DNA from: Sphagnum compactum
Lineage: Eukaryota
Length of the DNA: 64,000 nt
Reading direction: 5' to 3'
Assembly (NCBI GenBank): GCA_965153455.1
Contig: OZ234493.1
Coordinates: forward strand, 9,910,213 to 9,974,212
Positions within the stretch are counted from its first letter, which is position 1; the number at the start of each line of letters is the position of its first letter. The notes beneath the pieces are model-generated. The model made no database searches and was not told the origin of the DNA. It saw only the letters and a list, made by a program, of their open reading frames with translations. Both the position numbers and the translations under genes were made by a program. Shown piece by piece: positions 53,001 to 64,000 of the stretch.

Positions 53001-54521
53001 CAACATCAAGTGGATGGTGGTCCCACCCACACTAGGCACTTCATGTGCCTTCACTCGCACAATCCCATTCTTGGATGGGATCCTAATTAACCTATTGTGC
53101 CCTTCTATGAGCACATTGTTACGTGTGATGAACTCCATTCCCAAAATGCAATCCATGCCCCCTAAGGTGGAAACTAGCAAATCCACCTTGCCTCTCCAAT
53201 TCCCCAATTAGAGGGGCACATCTTTTGCTTGCAACTTGGTGGGATGGGGAATCCCATCCGCAAAGTGCACCTCTATGGGTGCCTTGAGCTCTTCCAACCG
53301 GAGCTCCATTCTTTGGGCACTTTCTTGGGTTATGAAATTGTGGGAAGCGCCTGTGTCCAAAAGACATAAAACTTCCCGCTTAGAAACTTTCCCTTTTAAG
53401 AAAATTAGGCGATTACATTCACCTTGGACTAAGTTGGCGGAAAGGGCACTTACCTTAGGAGCCCCATTCCCCGATTTGGGTTTAGGACAATCCTTGGAAT
53501 AATGCCCCGCTTCATTACAATTGAAGCATACTCCTTTTGGTTTCCCACTAGCATCTCCCTTGAGTTGGCTCCCTTTGAAAGGAGCCCCCTTCTTGATAAA
53601 ATTTCCTTTGGGTTTAAAACCCAAGCCTTGGAGTTGTTTAGGCTTTTCCCCCTTTGAGGTCTCTTGGCCTCGGTTCCATTCCCCTTCATGGCGTGCCTTC
53701 TTATGAGGGAACTTGCTATCCCTTTTGAATCCGGACTTCTCACCACGCCCAACATCCGAGAAGCCTTCCACTTTCATGATGGCTTCGGTTAATGAAACGG
53801 GCCAATTTTCCTCAAGCTTGCGCTTAGCCCAAGTGGGAAGTCCCATCACAAAGTGGCACACCCGGTCTAACTCATGCATATGCCGAATCTCAAGCATGAG
53901 TTCGGAGTAAGCCCTCACATATTGGCGCAAGTTGTCATTGCTCCCATTCTCAAGGTCACGAAGCTTGCATCTTGAAATGTAGTCGGAATTCTTGGGAATG
54001 AATTCCAACTCAATACGCTCCTTGAAGAATTCCCCTGTGTAGCCATGGGTCTTCCCCTCTTCTTGCCTTATCGTCCTCCACCATGTGGAGGCATAGCCCT
54101 TCAAATATGATTGGGCAAGTTCCACGGCCGAATGCCGACCAACCTTGGCGGCATGAAGGTAGTCCTCCATTTCCGCAAGCCAAGCGTCCACAACCTTTCG
54201 ATCCCGAGCCCCATCAAAGTTCCCGGGCCTAGCGGGCTTGAATCCCACACTTTTTGATGAACCTCCCTTGAGGGCCGCAACCAATTCGGTGAAATCGGGC
54301 CTATTCATTTTGAGTAGGACCTCTAATTGTTCCGGGGTGAAGAGGACTCCATTTGGTTGTTCCTCTTCATTCTCATGCTCCTCAAGGCTAGCACGCTCTT
54401 CCTCATCTTCGGAATGGTCTTGTTCCTCCTCCCTCATAGGTTCGAGAAGAACATCTAGGTCTTGGGTGGTTTCTTCCACCACAGTCTCTTGGACTAGCTT
54501 GCGGGTCTTCTTTGGTGCCAT
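50029..54521 (-). pseudogene. gag-pol: Gypsy gag-pol polyprotein with C-terminal chromodomain; two lesions
   Basis: Start MAPKK at 54521; [35 protein letters not shown]; RNase [10 protein letters not shown]; integrase HHCC, MDF..SDRD..E; GPY; chromodomain EFEVEAVLKSR..YLVKWKGY. In-frame TAA at 53208-53210 and a frameshift near 51430. Confidence 0.95.
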
Positions 54522-54557
54522 CGGGACTCTCCAAGAAGTGGATCGAGCTCTCCCCAA

Positions 54558-54569
54558 GCTCTAATACCA
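54558..54569 (-). promoter_or_regulatory. Primer-binding site (tRNA-iMet)
   Basis: TGGTATTAGAGC on minus, one mismatch from the canonical TGGTATCAGAGC, 2 nt from the LTR. Confidence 0.9.
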
Positions 54570-54571
54570 AA

Positions 54572-55513
54572 TGTCGCGCTCCCAGGTTTCGGGTAGACCC
54601 ACTTGAGGGTCTAGGTATATGGCAATGCGAAAGGAGTTGGAACTTGGAGCACGATCCCGACTTCCAGCACTAGAGGGGGGGGTAAGAGGGGCGTGCTAGA
54701 AGTCCCGGGAAAGACTAGGAAGAGTTGACAAGCTTTACTCACTAACACGGGCCTGCATGAAACCACACAAAGTGGTTAGAATTCATTCTGGGTCCTTTTG
54801 GTGTTGGGACAACCACGGGTGAACTCGGACTCACTTTGACACACCACACCCCGGGCTCGGGAGTAAGCCACCACCTTACTCCCTATAGTATACTCTGTGA
54901 CTCGTCGCGGGGGTGGCATCCAAATGGCCTTTTTGTCCCGGGACTCCCGCGTGGGAGTCCCGAAATCGCGCAACTTTCGACTCTCGCGACTTTGAAGCCT
55001 CATAACTTTCGGAGCAGACCTCCGATTGAGTTGTCATTTAAAGCAAAGTTGTAGGTCTCGTCAAGACCTTTTGAACGGTATGTCGCACGTTTTCTGCAGC
55101 CAAGTATTTCGGGTCGATTCCCGACTTTTAGTGGTCGGGAGTCAAAACTGGCGGACTCCCGGGAGTTCGACTCCCGGGCCTTCTTTTGGCCATATCTTGT
55201 GTTTTAGATGTCCAAATGAGCAATGCGAGCCCATTTTAGACATCTACACTTCAAGAGCTTTTCATTGATATAAAGAGCGCAACAAGCCATTGAGTTTTGA
55301 CCCCTCAAAACGCTCTCTGAAGTTTTGGGAGTCCTTTTGGGACTCCACTCTCACCAACTCCCAACATGGGAGTTCACTTGGGAGTGTGAGGGTTCACTCC
55401 CTCACACTCTTTGCACTCCCGGGAGCATGTGATATGACTCTCGGGTCTACTTATAGGCCCGCACACTTGCGACCCCCTTGCCTTGGTCGCGAGCCAAGGC
55501 TAGGGTTGCGACA
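54572..55513 (-). repeat. 5' LTR of the gypsy element
   Basis: Direct repeat of 48294-49235; adjacent to the PBS. Confidence 0.97.
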
Positions 55514-55826
55514 CACATGCTACAGGGGTCCCATCCAACATCTTGGAGAGACACTCGATTGGCTCACGTGTTATAGATGGCGTTTGTAATCTGGTCACTA
55601 GTTCTAGCATGGTTAAACTAGTGGGCTTTCTTACCTCTGATTCTACATTCACATATTAGAAGGGAGCTAAGAACACCTCACTTGTGGATTTGTTACTCAA
55701 CAAAGGCGTTGTGGATAGCTATTCTCTCCACAAAGTCTCTCACTCATTTTTTAAGGTGGTGCCTAATGAGAGAACTTCCATTGCCACTAGAGTTGCCATT
55801 GTCGATAATACTGAGTCAGCAATCCG

Positions 55827-56162
55827 ATGGGAGGACATACACCCAGAGTGGTACTTCTTGATATAGGTGCTCAACCAGTGATTCTTGGAGTTCAATTCGC
55901 CAAGAAAAGGGGCATGCTCGACTCCAAACTACGAAAATCTATGTGGCAAATTCGCAGCGCTAGTGGGAGCGTAGAGGAGGTACTTGGGGAGAGCTCGGAT
56001 TTGATTGCACTTAACTTCAATGAAGGTATAGATCAAGAGCTTTGCCTATGGGTTAGATGTTTAGTCACCAATGCCACCAATTACAATGTGTTCATTGGGC
56101 AAGAGGCCATGTTTCCACCAGGTTTCACAATTGACAACTGGTTCGAACATGCGTACTACTAA
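55827..56162 (+). pseudogene. Retropepsin-like aspartic protease
   Basis: VVLLDIGAQPVIL (DTGA with an ACA>ATA change), flap IRSASGS, C-terminal YNVFIGQEAM. Confidence 0.8.
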
Positions 56163-56522
56163 GTGGATTGGGAGACTGATGGCCACCACTTGGGATACAT
56201 ACCCCTTGATTTACATGGGAACCATAGTCCTATGGCTCACCATTGTATGCTCAAGGAAGCACACACCATTTCCTACATCCAACAAGCTAGCCACTAGTGG
56301 ATAGAGGGAGATGAAGAATAAACAGCTTACGCCCAAGCTACTGAAAGCTTGAGGGTGGTTCCTATTAACATTCAACATGGACCAGAGGTTTTACAGAGGT
56401 TCAAAGCAGCCCATGAGCCCTTGGTCAAAATTTTGTGTAATTTTGAGAACATGGAGAGCCATGGCGAACTAATTAAGCTAGTACTTCATTAGCTAATCAC
56501 CTAGACACCGCCTAAGGAGGGG

Positions 56523-57460
56523 ATTACATTACTAGAGTTTTTTGGTGGTATTGGTACAGGTCTCGAAGCCCCACTACAGTCAGGGATGGTGGTTCGAAAG
56601 TATTTCTACGTAGACATTGATCCTATTGCAAGGCAAGTGGCGGCATCGAGAATGATGGAGCTCATAGCAGATTTCCACAATAGTTTGCAACCACCACATG
56701 GAAGGCCAGTGTCACTTTCTTGCCTTTTGACATTCAATTAATTCAGAAGAAACATATGGAATTACTTGGCCTCGTGGACCTCATCATTTCAGGTTGGGAG
56801 TGTCAAGGATTTTCAACGGCTGGATCTGGAGAAGGCTTGAGTGACATAAGATCCGGTCTCTTCACAGACATGGTATGATTGATCACCTGGGCTCAATCCA
56901 TTTCTCTTACATTTGGTTATGTAATTGAAAACACCCCTTCTCAACTTGACCAGAGGGAGAAAGTCTAGGAGCATTACACGCTGGTCAAGCATTACCTTGG
57001 AGAGCCGTTCCTACTCGATGCAGCACAATGCGGTTCTTATACACACCGGCTACGCAACTGGTGGACCAACCTTGCACCACTCTCAATTTTGCAGTTGGCT
57101 CTGAGATACACCATCAAAGACCCCAGCCTACATGTTTCTCACATATTGGATGATCAGAACTCCTGCCAACCAGTTACAAGGCAAGAGAAACCTCCTTGGT
57201 TTCTTGCAAAAACAATAGGAAAACCAAGAGGTGCTTGGCCCACCTTTGTCTCCTTCCCAGGAGCACACGCCTTTCAGGGAGATGGACCAGGCCTGGTGTA
57301 TCGTCATGCTTCAGCCACTTGGGATGAACCAAACCCAGAAGAAAGAGAAAAGGCTATGGGGTTCCAAACTGGCACTACTAGTCACACTAAGGTGATTAGA
57401 TTGGAGCGTAACGCTCTACTAGGGAGAGGCATGGACCTGAATTCCCTTACATGGTTGTTG
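56523..57460 (+). pseudogene. C5 cytosine DNA methyltransferase domain (DNMT3-like), in frame with the protease
   Basis: Motif I LLEFFGGIGTG; II VDID; IV DLIISGWECQGFSTAG..GL.D.RSGLF; VI VIENT; VIII DAAQCGSYTHRLRNWWTN; IX/X EREKAMGFQTGTT..RNALLGRGMDL. One frameshift near 56670 and about three stops. Confidence 0.9.
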
Positions 57461-57922
57461 GTAACATGTGTACTCTTTCAAATGTACACAACACCAGCAC
57501 TAATTCAATCAGCTTGCAGTTCTGACGATGCGACTACATGGCACCCCGACCAAGTACACTTGCCTATCTTCAACATTCTACACTTCACTCTTAGTGTTGG
57601 GGAGGAGGAGCTACCATGTAATTTGACTCAAGTTGTTTTTGATACACCTGGAGGTACATCAGCTTCTGGAGAAACAATTACAAACTTCTACGAATCTACA
57701 CAGTTGGATAGTGGAGAACCCAATACACCAAGTTCTTGAGCTATTGACTTTTGAGCTCCAATGTCCAACATCTAGCCCTCCAAGTTCCAAGTTCAATGTC
57801 TCTCAAAGTTCAACGATTCCAACTTGCCGTCGCTTGCAACACTCATCATTGTTGACAACAAACTTCAAAGAGGAAAGAAAAGAAGATTTTTTGAAGATTA
57901 TGAAAGAATGAAAGTGCCAAGT

Positions 57923-58221
57923 TGTCAGCCCGCCTCCTTGTTGCACCCAAGGCCTAGACTCGAAACTCTCGAATGTGCATTGTGCACACTATAGTGTAGT
58001 AGAACTTAGAACTTAGCAAGGTGTCCAAGCAAGGCAAAACGGGATGTCAACCAAGCATTAGGGTTGTGAAATCAACGGACTACAAACCTGCAATCCGATG
58101 ACCCACATTAATCCTAGGTGAGGGTTTGGCTATCAGTCAGCTTCTCAAGGGCGATAGGGGGACAACACATGTCTACGTGTTGTCTTCGTCATGAGTTCTC
58201 AGGGGCGATAGGGGGATGACA
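57923..58221. mobile_element. Short TGTCA...TGACA-bounded segment (possible solo LTR fragment) with a ~54-bp tandem duplication at its right end
   Basis: Flanks CAAGT and CATGT match at 4 of 5 positions; ttctca.gggcgataggggga..acacatgtctac occurs twice (58142 and 58196). Confidence 0.4.
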
Positions 58222-59424
58222 CATGTCTACATGTCTTCATCATCACGACGCTGAAAAAACCCAGGGGTCCTTTGGCGAAATGGGGCAGGACCAAAAAAAA
58301 TTCGCTTTGTGGGATTTGTCAATCCTCATTTTGGGTTTAAAAAAAGCGAAATTTTGCTCCAAAAAAACACTGAACCTAACCAATGTTCATCCAAGGAGTG
58401 GGGAGAATTTTGCTGATTCTGGCTTGTAACTTGCCCACGGCCCCTTCACACTACGCCCCAGAGCCTGATTTCATAAGTCCCAAGAAAAAGCGAAGTCCCA
58501 TGGAAATCAGGACCTTCAGTACATAAACAATTTTATTCTTGGGAGTTGGTGTGCCATAGTATGAAGGACTGGATCCCAAGCCCAAGTCCCATGAGGAGGG
58601 CAAAGTCGATCAATGTGTCATGAGAAAAACAGAACGAGAGACGTACAGAAGTCATAACTCAAGTCCTGAAATCATAATTGCTCTTCTGATATCGAACCAA
58701 TTTCTGCTGCTGCACTATCATTTGCTATAAGAGTTATTCATGAAGTCATCCTGTATTTGGGCCGTAGTTTGACCCTTTAATCCCTGTTTAATCCCCATTT
58801 TGAGCGTATCACATGGACTGCCTTTGTCCTCACTTCTAATTTTGTCCCCAGTTATTGGAAAACTGGTGCCCAGTAGCCCCAGTTTGGGGCATTTTACAGA
58901 TAATTCTAATATTGTTAGATCTGCAATTGAAGTTGTTTTGATCTCCTTTTGTTTAGGGGCTTGTGGGCCATTTTGCTTCAAATCTGGGGATACAGAAGAC
59001 TGGAAGTAGCTGTATCAAGTGTTTCTCCCACCCAGTAGTTCAGTCCAAGTACACCATTGCAAGTTTCACAAAGCACTCTGGATGTGATGTAGACTGGTCA
59101 CAAGTCACAAGTCACAACCTGGTGCAAGAGCATGGGGAGTGTGTGACTGGTTTAGCTCATAGTTTCAGCAAACAAATATTCAAGCATGGGACTGGCTTGT
59201 TGAAATTACCAGTTTACCACCCAATGGGTCACATGTTGAAGAGGCAAGAAATGTTGAGAAAAGCTTTGGTTGAAGCAAAAAATCAGGATTTATTGCATCC
59301 CCAATTGAAGCCACTGTGATTGCAGACTTACACACTGCAAAAACATGTCAAGTAACCCAACATGTGTTGCATCGGTTTAGCTGAAACCAAAAAAAATTTC
59401 AACAAGAACAAGGGTGGTTGTGAC

Positions 59425-59810
59425 CAGTATTGGGCAGTTATCTGGTTTTTATAATAACCTCCTGTTCCCGTTTTTTAAAAATAACATTGGAATTTGAAAA
59501 AACCTTTAGTCCTGTTTTTTTTTAAATCAGAATAAAAAACCCCTGATGCAGGCTTTTTTCAAAAAGCCTCAATTTGGTGGTTTTCATGAAATGATTGATT
59601 GGCAAAAGCAGTTTTATAGTTGGATATTTGATCAGTTCTTAGATCATTTGAAAACTATGGTTATATATCAGAGTTGATTCAGATATTTTTGAGAATTATG
59701 GTTATATGCTAGAACTGATTATTTGATTTTTTTCAATAGCACGGGCATATAGCTTTGAAGAACTGTTCTGAAAACCATCAGTTTTCATTTCTGATAATTG
59801 TCCAACATTG
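59425..59810. mobile_element. hAT-type non-autonomous element
   Basis: TIR CAGTATTGGGCAGTTATC / GATAATTGTCCAACATTG; degenerate 8-bp flanks GTTGTGAC and GTCATAAC. Confidence 0.6.
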
Positions 59811-60114
59811 GTCATAACTCATAATCTCAGAACAAGAGAATGTGACTTTTCTCACACGAAAGGCTCTGGCTTATGACACACCTGTGAGATAAACTATCAC
59901 AGTTTCATCCATAAAGTTTATGGCACATGTTACGTTTGTATGAGAAAAACCACATTTTGTTGTAGTGCCTTGTAAATATTAGATCCCCTATCTGATCATG
60001 AGCACCATAAGGAATTCCGGTGACTAACTGTCATTACTCCTCACAATCTTCATCAGCATGGAACATGTCCTTTAGGGCACACCACCTTGGTCACTTGTGC
60101 AAAGACATACTGTA

Positions 60115-60325
60115 GTACCTTGGCCATTTCAACACATGTCCGTTGAATAATTAATTGATTTTGAAAAGTTCATTTCAACAAATGAAATATTCCTAAATAT
60201 TAATTATTTTCTTTCAAAATATTCATTATTTTCTTTAACAATATTTTTTGATTTGGAAGAAATAGTTTTTGAAAATTTCAACATTTCTGACAATAATATA
60301 ATTAGTGTCAAATTGGCCAAGGTAC
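60115..60325. mobile_element. Tc1/mariner-type MITE with TA TSD
   Basis: TA|GTACCTTGGCCA...TGGCCAAGGTAC|TA; the TIR extends to ~21 bp with 3 mismatches. Confidence 0.75.
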
Positions 60326-60483
60326 TAGGGTAATAACCATAGCTGTAATAATCAAAATAGACATTCACAATAGGATCTAATAGTCCCTATTGTGATTAGA
60401 ACACTGAAAAGGCATCAGTACAAGGGCCAGGAAAATGCATTTGGATAGAGTTACTGTTGACAAATATGAAACTGAGTTTCGAC

Positions 60484-60732
60484 CAGTAATTATTTCTCTT
60501 GGGTGAATTTTCGCCATTTTTGAAATATGCTTTCAAAATAGATTATTCTGTTGTAACTTCCTTTTTTTTTTTTTTGAAAAAAAATCTGCCAAAAGTTGCC
60601 ACAATTTCTTACAATATGAGAGGGTGCTTCAGATTTCATACTTTCATATTTTGAATATCACCAAGTTTGGCTAAATAGACAAATGGATTATGTTGCTTGA
60701 GCAACATTAGGAAATTTTCCAAAAAAACACTG
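60484..60732. mobile_element. hAT-type MITE
   Basis: CAGT...AAAAAAACACTG termini; 8-bp TSD GTTTCGAC / GTTTGGAC (7 of 8). A related AAAAAAACACTG end lies at 58372. Confidence 0.7.
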
Positions 60733-62058
60733 GTTTGGACCTCCAAATATGCACTGCACAAAGGAGAAAAAATAAGTATGATTGATTTCGATTGGTTGGT
60801 CACAGTGATTGGTAGCTCATGTGGTGGATCGCATTCAATGGATCTTCTTCCTACATTGTCTAAGATTTCATGTTTAGGGCAGGGATGAGAAATACTTTAG
60901 GGTGGGGTTGGGAAAATAATTTGCACGTGTCATAAACTTGTAACTGCGTGTGGGTGGATTTACTCTACCTGCACCACCAAGATCCAAACTTCAAAAAGAG
61001 GGTGAACCTATAATTTGGTTTTTGTGAGAGTGAAGACTTGCTCCAAATTTTCATTTAAATTTTTTTCCTGTGATTGCTCATTTTGCTCCATGACACAGAA
61101 AGCTTGACTACAAATCTTGCATCAAAATGCACTTGAAATGGAGGACTTGAAACATCAACTTGGCAACCAAATCATGATTTTTTGAATAAAAATGTAGCCA
61201 AGTGATGACAGCAGTAACTTGCAAAGAAGACTCTACAGCTTCCACTAGCAAAGATTCCCATCAGAGAACAAAGGGAATATATTCAGTTGTTGACAAACAA
61301 TAAGAAGAAATGATGAAGTTTCTTGTAGAGTTTCTCTTGGATGATCGGCTCACATAAATCATCTCTCTCTTGGGTATGAGAGCTTATTTTGGTCCCATAC
61401 CCAAGCTCTCCATCCAACCCTTCCATATCCCTTCTCACAGCTTGGCTCCTTGTAATCAAAGCAAAAAGTTCCATTAGCTCTCTTTGGTGGGGCATCTAAG
61501 TGTCATTGTTGAAGGCACTGCATATTGGACCAGGAGAATTTGTTTACATTGTTACAAACATTAGTGCTTTGCTAGCAGAGCAGCTGTGTTGATTAGGATG
61601 TTGAGGAACTTGACAAATCGGCAATAAGATACGGAGAGCAAACACACTGCAGGTTTGAAATGTAGCCACTCACTGGAAGGGCTCAATCAGATGCAGTACA
61701 AAAAAGCTTGACAATATTGAGGCTTTGGAAACATTATCAACCTTCTCAGGAACTTGGAACATCCGGTATTCTCTTTGAGAATTGAAAAACACAAATGGAA
61801 AGAACTTGAAACTATCTTTGGTTCTAGGATTTGTAAGAAAAATTTGAAGCTCTTTGAAGCTCACTCTAAAAATGCTCAGAACCTAACCTCTTTGCTTGAA
61901 GCTGATCTCCAATATACTTAAACCCTAATCTGGAAAAGATCTGCTGTTGAAATAACTTGAAGAGAATGCCATAAAGCCTTCCAAAACCTGGAAGAAGGCA
62001 CTCATGAAAGTCAATACAAACTACTCATGTTTTGAGAGGGAGGTTTGGTGATCTAGGT

Positions 62059-62523
62059 TTAGTTCTTGATGTATAGCTGCTGTTTGATCCAAGCTCTGGC
62101 ACCACCAAACAAACTTTGGAATCCAATCTGTGTATTGTGGAAAGGAAATGCAAGTATCCGGAACAAAGAGGAGAAGCCTGAAGAAAGCATTGGAGATGGA
62201 CCACCATGCTGGTGAAGACTGTGAGAACTGCCTGTTGCAAGGTAGTATCGAGCAGCTTTCTCAACCAGTGGATTCTTCATGTGGACATTGTGGATGTCTT
62301 GCAAGGATTGGAAATTCATGAGACTAGAAGAAGACGACTGTTGACCCCGAAGCACAGGAGCAAGCAATCTAGTAGCACCCATGACATCAGACAATGATGT
62401 ATATGAGTGTGTGCGGTTTATATCCCGAAGCTCGGTTTCCCTTCTCAGTTGCAACCGGATGTGGCTGTAGGATCGCCATAGTTGGCCAACTGTCATTGCA
62501 TTCGGTTTCACAAGAGCTGCCAT
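62059..62523 (-). CDS. Small plant-specific uncharacterised protein (YTSLxD and KNxLVxxAAxxYL motifs)
   Basis: Intact 154-aa ORF with SYTSLSDVM and HMKNPLVEKAARYYL, motifs I recognise from an uncharacterised land-plant family. Upstream on minus: acceptor ttcctcAG at 62669, donors at ~63297/63312, acceptor at ~63462 and a GA-rich 5' region near 63700-63850. Confidence 0.7.
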   Translation of the reverse strand: MAALVKPNAMTVGQLWRSYSHIRLQLRRETELRDINRTHSYTSLSDVMGATRLLAPVLRGQQSSSSSLMNFQSLQDIHNVHMKNPLVEKAARYYLATGSSHSLHQHGGPSPMLSSGFSSLFRILAFPFHNTQIGFQSLFGGARAWIKQQLYIKN

Positions 62524-64000
62524 ATATTATTATCCTTTCTTCAGCGGCTGCTAACTTTGAATATCCAGATTACCGTATTTGAACTTCTTTCAGAAGTTTC
62601 TGGTTCAGCTGAAAAATCCCTTGTTCTCACAACCTCTTCTTCTCTCTCTTCTTTCAGAATTTGCTAACCTGAGGAAAAAATTAAATAAAATGAAACCATT
62701 AGACAATCGTTGTCAGGGATGAAGTCTCCAATGAGCAAGAGCAAAAAAATAGAAAGAAAACAAAATTCTGAAGGACTTGACACGCTTGGATAGTAAGAAC
62801 CCTACAAAAGAAAAAAACTCAATCCAAGCTTGCCAAGAAGCTAAACAGAAGCTCTCGGGTTTTACAGTTTCTTCAGATCTTTTGAGGCAGAAACCAGGTA
62901 TAATGCATTGAACATCCTTTGGTCACGTATTCAAACAGAGGAAGCATTTTGTTTGATCTCCCTTCTCCCCAGAACTAACACTCCTATAGAAGGATTGGCT
63001 AGGACGTTCTGCTACTTGGAGCTTTCCATCAGGAAATCTGACGTTCTTGAAGCCATGAGGACCCCATTCTTGCTACAGAAAAATACAGTTTCCAGATCCT
63101 TATAAAGCCATAAACTCCTGGCTCCATCATCTAACCCGGTGACCATCGGTACAACATTCAAGGAAATGCGAGAGCATTGTCTTCCTAAAACTTCAGATAC
63201 TGAAAAACGCGAAAAACTAGGTTTCCATTGAGCTCATGAATCCACAGAAGTCCTTGATATCAGTCAGTCTTGCAAAAAACAGAAATGCATAACTTACGTA
63301 CATAGATACATACCCCGGAATCGCCTTTCTTTTTCCTTCCTTGCTCTTCTCCTTCGCTCTCCTCGCTCGTTGGCGACTGATGATCACACGTTCTTTCGTC
63401 TGGAGACTCTTATTATACCGCCGTGCCAGATTCTCAAACTCCTTTGTTTCTTCCGCCGCCCCTGGAAAACAAAAAAAGACATTCCAAAACCTCAGAAACA
63501 GAGAGATATAACACAGAACCATACACAGCAATGACCAACGGAGCTTCTTCGTCCTCAGATCTACTACCATCCGATCTCCACGAAAAAAGAGACAACAAGA
63601 AGAAGAAAACATACAAGACAAAACAAACAAGAACAGACCCGAAACTTGAGCACTCGGCTTTGGATCTCAACCAAAAAAGTAGCAGCAGCAGCAACAACTT
63701 CAGTGATCAATGTTGATTGATACTTACAAAGGAGTGAGCTACAAAACCACGCCTGACGCCATCGCGATCTCTCGCAGATCTCTAGCGAGATCTCTCTCTC
63801 TTTCTGTCTCTCTCGTTTCCTTCTTCCTCTTCGTCTTCTTCTCGCTCCTCTGGAGCCTTCCTTTGCGGCGCTCTAGGAAGAACAGAAAGAGTATATACTT
63901 CGGTGGCAGAGGTTCAAACCTGTGCTGCCACTTTTGTGGCTTTCTTACTTAGCCATTATCAGCCCACTTTGTTTTCAGCCACGTTTTTGTTCACCTAATT

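Larger units (their letters stand above)
48294..55513 (-). mobile_element. Full-length Ty3/gypsy chromovirus LTR retrotransposon (Galadriel/Tcn1-like)
   Basis: 942-bp LTRs with TG...CA termini; 5-bp TSD CACAT (48289-48293 and 55514-55518); PBS; PPT; domain order gag-PR-RT-RH-INT-chromodomain. Confidence 0.97.
46146..57739 (+). mobile_element. Decayed LTR-type retroelement encoding Gag, aspartic protease and a C5 DNA methyltransferase; split by a gypsy insertion; termini unresolved
   Basis: The polyprotein can be reconstructed from ATG 46146 to TGA 57737-57739. The frame is continuous across the insertion once 48294-55518 is removed (..PLPIPNPH|ATGVPSNILER..). Confidence 0.85.

Noticed and set aside
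53205-53213. In-frame TAA between two gypsy ORFs as programmed readthrough
   Set aside because: It lies inside the protease domain, after the DTG motif, and is best explained as a CAA>TAA nonsense mutation.
50366-54564. Plus-strand ORFs overlapping gag-pol, and ORFs within the LTRs
   Set aside because: Antisense shadows of a GC-richer coding region with no recognisable motifs.
56523-57739. Host DNMT3/DRM gene or bacterial restriction-modification methylase contamination
   Set aside because: It is intronless, fused in frame to a retroviral-type protease and gag, and decayed like its neighbours; motif order is not DRM-permuted and there is no bacterial context.
58281-58300. GGAC/AGGAC as the right TSD matching 44701-44705
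   Set aside because: It lies within what appears to be a separate CAG...CACTG MITE-like repeat (58262-58372), and a 4-5 bp match is expected by chance.

Overview
AT-rich eukaryotic DNA made mostly of nested, decayed transposable elements. It is almost certainly a land plant, and the PLATZ gene and repeat landscape suggest a bryophyte such as Sphagnum (inference). Two host genes are supported: a divergent PLATZ zinc-finger gene with an intronless CDS (31973-32680, +) and a small plant-specific protein (62059-62523, -). The 5' end of a probable inverted PLATZ paralogue sits at the left edge. The main finding is a decayed retroelement on + (about 46146-57739) whose reconstructed polyprotein reads Gag (two CCHC knuckles), aspartic protease, then a C5 cytosine DNA methyltransferase with DNMT3-like motifs I-X; no RT or integrase follows. 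It is split by a young, full-length chromodomain Ty3/gypsy element (48294-55513, -, 942-bp LTRs, CACAT TSD). The window also holds a Helitron relic with OTU, Rep, PIF1 and AP-endonuclease domains. Its 5' part was inverted by recombination between two inverted MITE copies, shown by swapped 4-bp TSDs and a restored reading frame. Other elements are a pogo-like transposase relic, CACTA-, hAT- and mariner-type non-autonomous elements, and tandem repeats. All calls come from manual reading and translation; no database searches were run.
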